IMG/VR virus record: IMGVR_UViG_3300023184_009672
Coordinates: 1-61,200 of that record
DNA: 61,200 nt
Origin: a virus
Lineage: Duplodnaviria > Caudoviricetes
Strand: one strand, 5' to 3'
Below are positions 42,205 to 50,517 of this stretch, piece after piece. Numbering within the stretch: the stretch's first letter is position 1; every line of letters starts with the position of its first letter. The position numbers and the translations under genes were made by a program. The notes under the pieces were generated by a model. That model did no database searches. It was not told the DNA's origin and was given only the letters and a program-made list of their open reading frames with translations.

Positions 42205-42378
42205 TTACTCGCAAGCGTGGCTGAGATCGCTAGGCTCATAGATTTTCAGCATCTCCTCACGCTTCGAAGAATACGCTTCAGAGACTTTTAGGAAAGACTC
42301 ACAAGCCTTAGCGTGATTCGCAGAGGCTTTTTCGAGGTTAGCGAGGAGGGTTTCGAACTTACTTAATTTATTTTTCAT
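42205..42378 (-). CDS. 57-aa hypothetical protein
   Basis: Hand-translated MKNKLSKFETLLANLEKASANHAK...; leaderless promoter. Confidence 0.65.
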   Translation of the reverse strand: MKNKLSKFETLLANLEKASANHAKACESFLKVSEAYSSKREEMLKIYEPSDLSHACE

Positions 42379-42427
42379 ACAAGTAGTCTATCATATTAGA
42401 GAAAAAAAACAACATATTTCTTCATTT

Positions 42428-42634
42428 AAATTTCACTGACCATCAACGAGTTACGACGCAAGGGAGGGCTCTCTCCTAAGTCTTTGATAGTCAAGCGTGT
42501 GATCTTTTGCTTTCATTCAGGTTTTGTCGCAAGATCGATTACGATCTTTAGCCTTCCTTCATGTTTTGTCCTAAGATCGACACAGAATAGCTTATTGATT
42601 ATCAATGACTTGCGTAACAACCCCCCTATTTTTG
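42428..42634. repeat. Truncated composite: A copy 14, B at 42501 and 42543, half A at 42587
   Basis: Same spacing as the other composites; last palindrome missing. Confidence 0.88.
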
Positions 42635-42850
42635 AAAAAAACTGACTGAAGCTAATGCTAAATGGTGCGAGGGGGTATCAACATCATTCTCCCCATAACA
42701 ATAAAAGTATTATTATATATAGGTTATACTCTACCTTTATTTTAAAATCATTTTAAAACAACTATAAGCTAGAATCTTTTCAAATTAAAAAAATCCACGG
42801 GGCTATTTATTTATATAACCCTTTTTATATATATTAAAAAACATACTATA

Positions 42851-42856
42851 GTGTAA
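42851..42856 (+). promoter_or_regulatory. GTGTAA putative late promoter motif (also 16087, 18429, 19591, 44678, 45693, 46446, 52401, 55865; 34870 on - strand)
   Basis: Recurs 8-20 nt upstream of ATGs, mainly of late-region genes. Confidence 0.6.
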
Positions 42857-43085
42857 TAACAATTACTATGAAAATGAATTTAAAAGCAATAACACTAACA
42901 GTTATACTAGGTAGTTTACTCTACTTATTATCTCACTATAAAAACAATAAAACAGAAATTATAACTAACCAAAAGGATCAAACAAAAATCATTGATAAAA
43001 AGCCCTCAGAATTAGCCGCGCCCAAGGTTTATATTTCTACTTTGCCCCAAAATGGATTAGAGGTAGGAGGGAATTGGAAAAGTAG

Positions 43086-43424
43086 ATGATAAAACATATA
43101 AAAGATATAGTTCAAGGCAAAGCTAAAATTGGAGATGGTAGATCTTCTCAATGGCCCACTATAAGAAAAAAACATTTAAAAAATCAACCAAAATGCGCAG
43201 TTTGTGGTGGTGATAAAACTTTAGAAGTTCATCATATAAAACCATTTAATGAACATCCAGAATTAGAATTAGATTTAAATAATCTTATAACTCTATGTGA
43301 AAGCAAAAATAATGGTGTTACTTGTCATCTTTTATTTGGTCATTTAGGTAACTATAAAACTATTAATCCAAATGTATTAGAAGATGTAGCTATTTGGTTT
43401 AAAAAAATAACAGAAAGATCATAA
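43086..43424 (+). CDS. HNH endonuclease
   Basis: CAVCG...EVHHIKP...NLITLC...CH...GH. Confidence 0.88.
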   Translation: MIKHIKDIVQGKAKIGDGRSSQWPTIRKKHLKNQPKCAVCGGDKTLEVHHIKPFNEHPELELDLNNLITLCESKNNGVTCHLLFGHLGNYKTINPNVLEDVAIWFKKITERS

Positions 43425-43425
43425 T

Positions 43426-43899
43426 ATGATTATCCCCGCCCAAAACCTTTTAGTTCCATTCTCAAATCAACCAAGACTACCTAAAAATTTCGTTATATCA
43501 GACTTAAACTACTTATGCCCAACAATAGAAACAGTAACAAATATAATATATCCAGCTTATGTTTGGTGGCTTAGATCTTTAAAGTTAACCAAATGGACTC
43601 ATAAATGGGATTGTGACAATTTTGCTGACGCTTTTAAGCTCTACTCATGTGGATATCATTATCAAAATTTGCAAGACGAAGCAGAGGGCATAGGTATTGG
43701 AGTTATTAACTATATGGCTAATAGCAAAGCAGAAGATGGCTTAAAAGGTGGCCATGCTATCAATATTATTTATGCTCAAAACAATAAAAACGATGATAAT
43801 ATAAGCGATTTTGATGTATATTTCCTTGAGCCTCAAAATGGCAAGCTATACTCTCTAACACCAGAAGAATTTAATAGCATTTGGACAGTTTATATATAA
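43426..43899 (+). CDS. Papain/transglutaminase-like Cys protease fold protein
   Basis: WDCDNFA...GHAIN...FLEPQ triad pattern. Confidence 0.6.
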   Translation: MIIPAQNLLVPFSNQPRLPKNFVISDLNYLCPTIETVTNIIYPAYVWWLRSLKLTKWTHKWDCDNFADAFKLYSCGYHYQNLQDEAEGIGIGVINYMANSKAEDGLKGGHAINIIYAQNNKNDDNISDFDVYFLEPQNGKLYSLTPEEFNSIWTVYI

Positions 43900-43940
43900 A
43901 ATATCTTGACTTTAAGTTAAATAAGTCATATAGTACTTAT

Positions 43941-44267
43941 ATGAAACAAAAAATTCTAATAATCCTATCAAGTTTGTTTATTTTAACTAATATTACCCAT
44001 GCCCAAATGAAGTGCTCTATTTGGTCAGAAGATTTTGGTAATGAACAAAATGCAAGAATAAGATCCCTTAAAGAAGAGGAAAGATATTACAAGATTCAAT
44101 ATGATATCTTAAATAAACCATCCGTCTCTCATAGAGATGTTGTTCTCTTAAGACAAGCTACCCATCAACTTGGTTTGACAAAAATAGGTGAGCTTCAAAT
44201 CACAAGAAATAAATGCTTCACTAGGACAGAAAGACAACCAATGGTCTTTACAAGAATATGTCAATAA
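43941..44267 (+). CDS. Secreted hypothetical protein
   Basis: Signal peptide; promoter TTGACT..TAGTAC. Confidence 0.55.
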   Translation: MKQKILIILSSLFILTNITHAQMKCSIWSEDFGNEQNARIRSLKEEERYYKIQYDILNKPSVSHRDVVLLRQATHQLGLTKIGELQITRNKCFTRTERQPMVFTRICQ

Positions 44268-44662
44268 GATTTTTAACTTTATTTCTTTTATTATTTTTAA
44301 ATTTTAAAAGCTATAGCCAAAGCCTGCCTTCTTGTAGAATATTAAATCTCCCAGAGTCTTGTTTTATAAATAGCGTCATAGCTTATGAAAAAGTAAATAA
44401 AGAATTAAAAGATTACAATATTTGGTCTAATATTCTTGCTGTTGCTTTTCTTGAAAAAAGGGGCAATTCAGTTTTTCAGGGTGCTCATGCAGTTTGCGTA
44501 ATAGAATGGCAGAATAGACTTTATGTTTATGACGTAAATAAAGGTACCCTGCCAATGGATAGTGGAGTATATAAAATAAACTATAAAAGTGACGCCAAGG
44601 CTCTAGCAACAATACTTTTTCCAGATAAACGTATTATAGATTGTGATTTTTTAAAAGATTAG
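44258..44662 (+). CDS. Secreted protein, possible Cys-His-Asp fold
   Basis: SCF...HAVCV...VYD. Confidence 0.45.
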   Translation: MSIRFLTLFLLLFLNFKSYSQSLPSCRILNLPESCFINSVIAYEKVNKELKDYNIWSNILAVAFLEKRGNSVFQGAHAVCVIEWQNRLYVYDVNKGTLPMDSGVYKINYKSDAKALATILFPDKRIIDCDFLKD

Positions 44663-44691
44663 GCTTGTAATATATAGGTGTAAATATATAC

Positions 44692-45651
44692 ATGTTTAAA
44701 TGTATATTAGGCCTTTCGGCTTTTTTATTAGCAGGTTGTGCCGCATTTTTTTCTGTCAAAGGGATAGCTCTACTCTTTGCTGCAAGTTTTTGGAGCGTTG
44801 CAGTTATGGCTGGATCTCTAGAAGTAGCAAAATTAGTATCTGCGTCTTATCTTTACAGACATTGGAAAGATACAATAGCTATTTTAAGAAATTATATGTT
44901 GTGTTCCACAGTTTTATTAATGATTATAACAAGTCTAGGAATTTTTGGTTTTCTTTCTGATGCTTTTCAACGCAACTTTTCTCAATATAGTTTAAATTTA
45001 AATAAGATCCAATCCCTAAAGTCTCAAGAAGGTTTTATTTCGTCTCAAACAGATTTCAATAGAAGTAAACTTAAAGATCTAATAGATTTACAAAAAACTT
45101 ATCAAACATCTTTCGATTCAGTCGTAAAGCAAGAGGTAAGTACGACTAAAACTACGCAAGGAGGATTTTTTAGCTCAGATAAAACAGAAAAAGTTATAGA
45201 TTCTAAACTATTAGACAGTAAAAATAAAATAATAGAAGGCTCTCAAAAAAATATAAATTCTCTTTTCGCTCAAATACAAACTGTCACAATTAACCTTGAA
45301 AATTTAGAGAAACAATCAACTAAAATATCTCAAGACATTATGGTTCTTGAAAGCGATAATTCAAAAGGCGAAATTGGTACATTTAAATTTGTCGCCGAAG
45401 CTTTTAACTTAAAAATAGAAAATGCAGTTAGGATTTTTATCATTTTAATTATTATAGTCTTTGATCCATTAGCAGTAGCTTTAGTTATTGCTTACAATAG
45501 TCTTTCTTCCGACAAAAAACAAACAGTAATACAAATAGAAAAAATTATAGAAAAACCAATAGAAAAAATAAAAGAAGTATTTCACGAATATAAACGCGGC
45601 ACTAAAAGATCTCACAACCCAGACCTCGCAGATCCAAATTTAATAGATTAA
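44692..45651 (+). CDS. Membrane protein with coiled coil (conserved in large phages)
   Basis: N-terminal TMs, LEVAKLV, ITSLGIFGFLS, IVFDPLAV. Confidence 0.7.
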   Translation: MFKCILGLSAFLLAGCAAFFSVKGIALLFAASFWSVAVMAGSLEVAKLVSASYLYRHWKDTIAILRNYMLCSTVLLMIITSLGIFGFLSDAFQRNFSQYSLNLNKIQSLKSQEGFISSQTDFNRSKLKDLIDLQKTYQTSFDSVVKQEVSTTKTTQGGFFSSDKTEKVIDSKLLDSKNKIIEGSQKNINSLFAQIQTVTINLENLEKQSTKISQDIMVLESDNSKGEIGTFKFVAEAFNLKIENAVRIFIILIIIVFDPLAVALVIAYNSLSSDKKQTVIQIEKIIEKPIEKIKEVFHEYKRGTKRSHNPDLADPNLID

Positions 45652-45715
45652 ACTTTTAATATATAAATATTTTACATTAAAGATAAAATATAGTGTAAAT
45701 TATTGGTAATAACTC

Positions 45716-46441
45716 ATGTCTAAAAAACATCGAAAAGAACAAAAAGAGGATAAGTCACCAGTAGTTCCTCAAAGAGATAAGATTCAACAACCCTTGAATA
45801 TTAGGGATCTCAATTGGACAGAAAATCAAAAAAAGTTCATTCAAACCCTACAAGATAAATCCACTAAGATGGTTTTTTGTAAAGGCCCAGCAGGAACAGC
45901 TAAAAGTTTGTTAAGCGTTTATTGTGCTCTTCATGCTATTAATAATAAGAAGGTAGGAGAGATATTTTATATTCGTAATCCTGTGGAAAGTAGCACTCAT
46001 AATCTAGGATTTCTTAAAGGCGATCTTCATGAAAAATTAGATCCATATTTACAGCCTTTAATGGACAAACTTCATGAGCTTTTACCAAAAGGTCAAGCAG
46101 AATTGCTATTAAAACAAGAAAGAGTCAAAGGATTACCATTAGGATTTTTAAGAGGACTTAGCATCAATGCTAGTTATATTATCTGCGACGAAGCCCAGAA
46201 CTTAAGTATTCATGATCTTTTATTAGTTAGTACTAGAATGGGCAAGTTCAGTAAGTTAATATTTATTGGAGATATTCGTCAATCAGATATCAAGAATAGT
46301 GGTTTTGAAAGAATATATCAGCTCTTTGATGACGAAAAAAGCGCAAGCAAAGGTATTGTAACTTTTAAATTCGGCACAAGCGATATTATGAGAAATGATA
46401 TATTAGCTTATATTATTGAAAAGTTTGAAGAATTGAAATAA
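45716..46441 (+). CDS. phoH: PhoH-like ATPase
   Basis: GPAGTAKS, LGFLKG, FLRG, DEAQN, TRMG, GDIRQSD. Confidence 0.93.
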   Translation: MSKKHRKEQKEDKSPVVPQRDKIQQPLNIRDLNWTENQKKFIQTLQDKSTKMVFCKGPAGTAKSLLSVYCALHAINNKKVGEIFYIRNPVESSTHNLGFLKGDLHEKLDPYLQPLMDKLHELLPKGQAELLLKQERVKGLPLGFLRGLSINASYIICDEAQNLSIHDLLLVSTRMGKFSKLIFIGDIRQSDIKNSGFERIYQLFDDEKSASKGIVTFKFGTSDIMRNDILAYIIEKFEELK

Positions 46442-46460
46442 TTTTGTGTAATATTACCAT

Positions 46461-47357
46461 ATGGAAGAGAATATAAAAGAAAATAGTTTCAATAAAAACG
46501 TAATTGAAGTTTATACTCAAGAGCCAGGATTTACTGGATATAAAGGTTTAGATTGGAATAGACTAGACGATATTGAAGATCTAGTAAATAAAAATGGTAA
46601 TTGGATTTCTAATGATGTTGTTGGTACTAGCAGTAATCTTGTTATGTGGGCTAATTCTGATAGAAAAGAACTTTTTGTTCAAAATTTAGGAATAACTCCA
46701 CTTTATGTTAAATATAGCGATGATGTAGCTGCTAGTGCTACTAATTTTAATTTTATTTTAACTAGTGGATCAGCATTATCAGCTGGAGACGGCGGAAGTT
46801 TAAGTGATTTAAATTATACTGGCGAAGTTTACGTTTATTCAACTGATGCTAATTTTATTGCTTGGGAAAGAGGCACAAGTGCTCCAACTGGATTCTGGAA
46901 AGATTGTAGAAATGAAACTTGGTATACAAATTATGATAGTTTTAACTGGGTAACTAGCGGCTCATTAGATGGAGGATCTCATGGATCATATGATGGCAAT
47001 GAAACTATAGGCGTAAATGTTCCAGCATCTGGAAATGCCCAAGCTATTGAATATAAAACTTGTTTTAAAAATGTAGTTGGATATCATATATGGCCTATGC
47101 TATCTTGGGACACTCAGCCAATTTATGTAGCAACAGCAGGTCAAGAAAATGATTGTTATGCTAGAATATCTTGGAACGATGTTATTATTTTTGAAATGGT
47201 TAATAATAATGTAACAGTTCCTGTAAATGGAAGCATATACTCGGAAAATTTGAATAATGATAGAAGATTTTTAAATGGACAATATGGCGAATTTAGAATT
47301 AAATTTGAAACAAAAAATAGTTCTTTAGAATCACAATTGTATTTCCAGAACGATTAA
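46461..47357 (+). CDS. Probable virion structural protein
   Basis: Beta-rich; RKELFVQN...LYV domain shared with 55885 ORF. Confidence 0.5.
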   Translation: MEENIKENSFNKNVIEVYTQEPGFTGYKGLDWNRLDDIEDLVNKNGNWISNDVVGTSSNLVMWANSDRKELFVQNLGITPLYVKYSDDVAASATNFNFILTSGSALSAGDGGSLSDLNYTGEVYVYSTDANFIAWERGTSAPTGFWKDCRNETWYTNYDSFNWVTSGSLDGGSHGSYDGNETIGVNVPASGNAQAIEYKTCFKNVVGYHIWPMLSWDTQPIYVATAGQENDCYARISWNDVIIFEMVNNNVTVPVNGSIYSENLNNDRRFLNGQYGEFRIKFETKNSSLESQLYFQND

Positions 47358-47406
47358 AATTTAAATAAAAACTAGATATTTTGAATAAAAATGCATAATA
47401 TATATT

Positions 47407-47823
47407 ATGCTAAAAACATACTGTTCAGAATGTGGCGGACCAACAGAATATTCCCTTAATAAGCCTAAATTTTGCAGTAATTGTGGCAATTCTTTCGACA
47501 AAAAAATAGCATTACAAGTTTTAAAGCCGAAGAGAACAATATCTAGAGTACAAGAACCGACAGAAGATATAGAGGATATTGACGGAGGTGAAGATATCAA
47601 TTATGTGCCTGATATTAAAAAAATAGATTATGAATTATCTTTACCTCTGAAAAATAAAGAAACAATTGGCAATTTAGCAGGAACTTCCACAGATTCATCT
47701 GACCAAAATTGGCCGAAAATAAAAACTCCTAAAGTCAGCAAAAAAGAGTTTTTAGATAATTTTGCAAAAGAGGCTGGATCCATTAGAGGAAAACTCAATA
47801 GGAAACATGGCCCTAAAAATTAA
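47407..47823 (+). CDS. Zinc-ribbon protein
   Basis: YCSECG...KPKFCSNCG. Confidence 0.75.
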   Translation: MLKTYCSECGGPTEYSLNKPKFCSNCGNSFDKKIALQVLKPKRTISRVQEPTEDIEDIDGGEDINYVPDIKKIDYELSLPLKNKETIGNLAGTSTDSSDQNWPKIKTPKVSKKEFLDNFAKEAGSIRGKLNRKHGPKN

Positions 47824-48487
47824 ATTTGAAGCTTGTATAGACCAAATCAATACAGAGATTATAAAAAGAAAGCACAAGTGGAATCTTACCGCTATAGCTT
47901 GGATGGATTTTAATGATGTGTCACAAATTTTAAGGTTTCATATTTACAAAAAATGGCATTTATATAATCAAGAAAAACCCCTAGCCCCATGGGTTAACAC
48001 AATAATCAGTAATCAAATTAAAAATTTAATAAGAAATAATTATAGTAATTTTACTAGACCTTGTTTAAAGTGTTCTGCGGCTGATATGGATCATGGTTGC
48101 GCTATTTATGGGACGCAATGTAATACTTGTCCTTTATACGCAAATTGGGAAAAAAATAAGAAAAGTGCACATGACACAAAATTGACAGTAAGCATGGAAA
48201 ACCATTCTCAAGAAATAAATAGTATTCCTAATGAAAATTTAAACATGGAACAAAGCGCAAAAAATATTCATAATAAAATGTCAAAAGTTTTAAAGCCTAT
48301 AGAATGGAAAATATATAGACATCTTTATATAGAAGGCAAAAATGAAGAGCAAACAGCTAAATTAATGGGTTATAGAACTAGCGAAAAAAATAGAATAGCA
48401 GGATATAAGCAAATTAAAAATATAAAAAAATCTATTATAATTAAAGTCAAAAAACATCTATATAATGGGGAGATAGACATAGTATGA
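47807..48487 (+). CDS. Phage RNA polymerase sigma factor-like protein with Cys-rich insert
   Basis: Region-2-like DFNDVSQ...W..TIISNQIKNLIR and region-4-like LKPIEWKIY...EEQTAKLMG. Confidence 0.7.
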   Translation: MALKIKFEACIDQINTEIIKRKHKWNLTAIAWMDFNDVSQILRFHIYKKWHLYNQEKPLAPWVNTIISNQIKNLIRNNYSNFTRPCLKCSAADMDHGCAIYGTQCNTCPLYANWEKNKKSAHDTKLTVSMENHSQEINSIPNENLNMEQSAKNIHNKMSKVLKPIEWKIYRHLYIEGKNEEQTAKLMGYRTSEKNRIAGYKQIKNIKKSIIIKVKKHLYNGEIDIV

Positions 48488-49578
48488 GCGAAGACTTTTT
48501 TATCCTGTCTGAAGAGCAAAAATTAAAACTATTAAATGAATGGAATAACCGTCCAGATAATCCTCCTTCATTGGCTGAACTAGTTAAAATAGCTTTTGAT
48601 AGAGAAGATTTAGACGGAAGAAGCAAAGAAGGAAAATCTGTCAAACAATTTTTAGCTTCAAGACAGATTAAACCTAGAAAAAGCCATGAATACGAAGCCA
48701 AAGGTCTTATAGAATTAAATAATGAACAAAAAGAATATATAAGTAATAATTGTCATGTTATGACTGGATTAGAAATTGCCAAAATTTTATTTAAAGATGA
48801 AACTCTAACAAATCTTTGCCAAGAAAGCAGAAGCGTTTTAGACTACATGAAAAGTATACCTACAAACATAAAATATAATAATAGCGAAAATGAAGAAGCT
48901 TCTACTGGAGATTATAAACCGCCTCGTAGTGAAGAAAGAATGATAGCAAAAATTAATAAATATGTTTTAGATGGAATAGACAAAAGCAAGATCACTCATG
49001 GTCAAAAAAGAGAAGTCATTGCCATAATAAGCTATATGAATACTCATAGATTTATACATCAAATTAATCTTTATGATAATGAAAGTGATCGCGAACTTTT
49101 TGAGAGTAGTTTTGTAAGATATACTTATAATAAAAGTGATTTGACTCAAGAAGAGGTAGACCAATATATCGTACTCTGCACAGAGGTACTTATTTCTTCT
49201 AGTATACAACAAACTATTAGCGTATTACAAAATCAAATAGATTTATCACTACAAGATGACGGTAAAATCCCTATGGCATTAGTTGAAGCAAGTAATACGG
49301 CTAGAAAAGAGTACAATGATTGTGTAAACAGGCAGCAAAAACTAAATAATGATTTGAAAGTCAAAAGAAGCGAAAAATTAAGTAAACAAGTTAAGGATAC
49401 GGCTTCTATTATAAATCTTGTGCAGATGTGGAAAGAAGAAGAGAGTAGGGTTAAATTAATTAAAATGGCAGACCTTAAGAAAAAAAGTTTAGAGAAAGAA
49501 ATAGACAGACTCTCTTCTATGGACGAGATAAAATGCAAAATTTTAGGAATATCAAGAGACGAAATATTAAATGGTTAA
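48484..49578 (+). CDS. Hypothetical protein in packaging operon
   Basis: 364 aa, helical/coiled-coil; two genes upstream of terminase. Confidence 0.6.
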   Translation: MSEDFFILSEEQKLKLLNEWNNRPDNPPSLAELVKIAFDREDLDGRSKEGKSVKQFLASRQIKPRKSHEYEAKGLIELNNEQKEYISNNCHVMTGLEIAKILFKDETLTNLCQESRSVLDYMKSIPTNIKYNNSENEEASTGDYKPPRSEERMIAKINKYVLDGIDKSKITHGQKREVIAIISYMNTHRFIHQINLYDNESDRELFESSFVRYTYNKSDLTQEEVDQYIVLCTEVLISSSIQQTISVLQNQIDLSLQDDGKIPMALVEASNTARKEYNDCVNRQQKLNNDLKVKRSEKLSKQVKDTASIINLVQMWKEEESRVKLIKMADLKKKSLEKEIDRLSSMDEIKCKILGISRDEILNG

Positions 49579-49581
49579 TTT

Positions 49582-50517
49582 ATGTCAATTATTTGCAAAG
49601 TAGATGGAAAAGAATTTAAAGATGAAAAAAGTCTTCATCTTGCGCTCAGGGGTTATGGGTTAAATAAAGAAAAATATTATCATGAATATTATCCTAAAAA
49701 AGATTTATTGACTGGTGAAACAATAAATTTTAAAACCAAAGAGCAGTATTTAAATAGTGATTTTAATGATAAAAATAATATGAAAAAATGGCTTAAAAAC
49801 CAGTCCATAGAAAAAGCTCAAAAATATTGTAAGTCATTATTAGTCAAGCGTAAAGAAGAAAAGAAAATTATATACTCACCAAACCAAGTAGAGTTAAGGA
49901 CTATTATGAGCCCCTCAGTTATATTCTATAATAAGATTTTTGATGATTATTATGATGTCTGCTCTGAAGTAGGTTTAGAAAATAAGTTCATACATCCTAA
50001 AAATATAGCTCACCAATTTCAAAATAAATTGACAATAAGAGACACAATATATGTTGATACCAGAGAACAAAGTTGGCTTAAATTCAATATACCTTTTGAG
50101 ATTCAGACCCTACCATATGGAGATTATACTTGCTCAAATGATAATTGTAATTGTTATATTGAACGTAAAAGCTTAAGTGATTTCATTAGCACTTTAAGTA
50201 GCGGCAATTTAAATAGGTTTAAAAATGAAATAGAAAAAGCTAAAATTAATAATGCGTATATTGTTGTGGTGATAGAAGAAAAACTACAAAATGCTTTGAG
50301 CTTTCAATATTTACCTCATATTAGTAAAAAAATTAAAGCTACCCCAGAATTTATATTTCATAACGTTAGATCATTAATACAAGATTATAGTAATTTACAA
50401 TTTTTATTCGTAGACGGTAGAGAAGAAATGAAAAGAGTTATAGAATCTATATTGGCTTCAAACTGTTTTTACAAAAAGGTAGATCTTCAATTAGCTTATG
50501 ATCTAAAATTACTATGA
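49582..50517 (+). CDS. ERCC4/XPF-family nuclease domain protein
   Basis: VDTREQ, GDY, IERKSLSDF, RFKNEIEK. Confidence 0.85.
   Translation: MSIICKVDGKEFKDEKSLHLALRGYGLNKEKYYHEYYPKKDLLTGETINFKTKEQYLNSDFNDKNNMKKWLKNQSIEKAQKYCKSLLVKRKEEKKIIYSPNQVELRTIMSPSVIFYNKIFDDYYDVCSEVGLENKFIHPKNIAHQFQNKLTIRDTIYVDTREQSWLKFNIPFEIQTLPYGDYTCSNDNCNCYIERKSLSDFISTLSSGNLNRFKNEIEKAKINNAYIVVVIEEKLQNALSFQYLPHISKKIKATPEFIFHNVRSLIQDYSNLQFLFVDGREEMKRVIESILASNCFYKKVDLQLAYDLKLL

Noticed and set aside
41452-42241. Plus-strand ORFs of 160 and 79 aa and similar antisense ORFs elsewhere
   Set aside because: Shadows of GC-richer genes with recognisable motifs on the opposite strand
38683-42578. 36-bp B repeats as a CRISPR array
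   Set aside because: Only pairs with 6-bp gaps, degenerate copies, no spacer-sized unique sequence, no cas genes in window
29320-42634. Element A as integron attC or XerCD dif sites
   Set aside because: No RYYYAAC/GTTRRRY ends, no 11-6-11 dif layout, cassettes carry their own promoters, and no integrase is in the window
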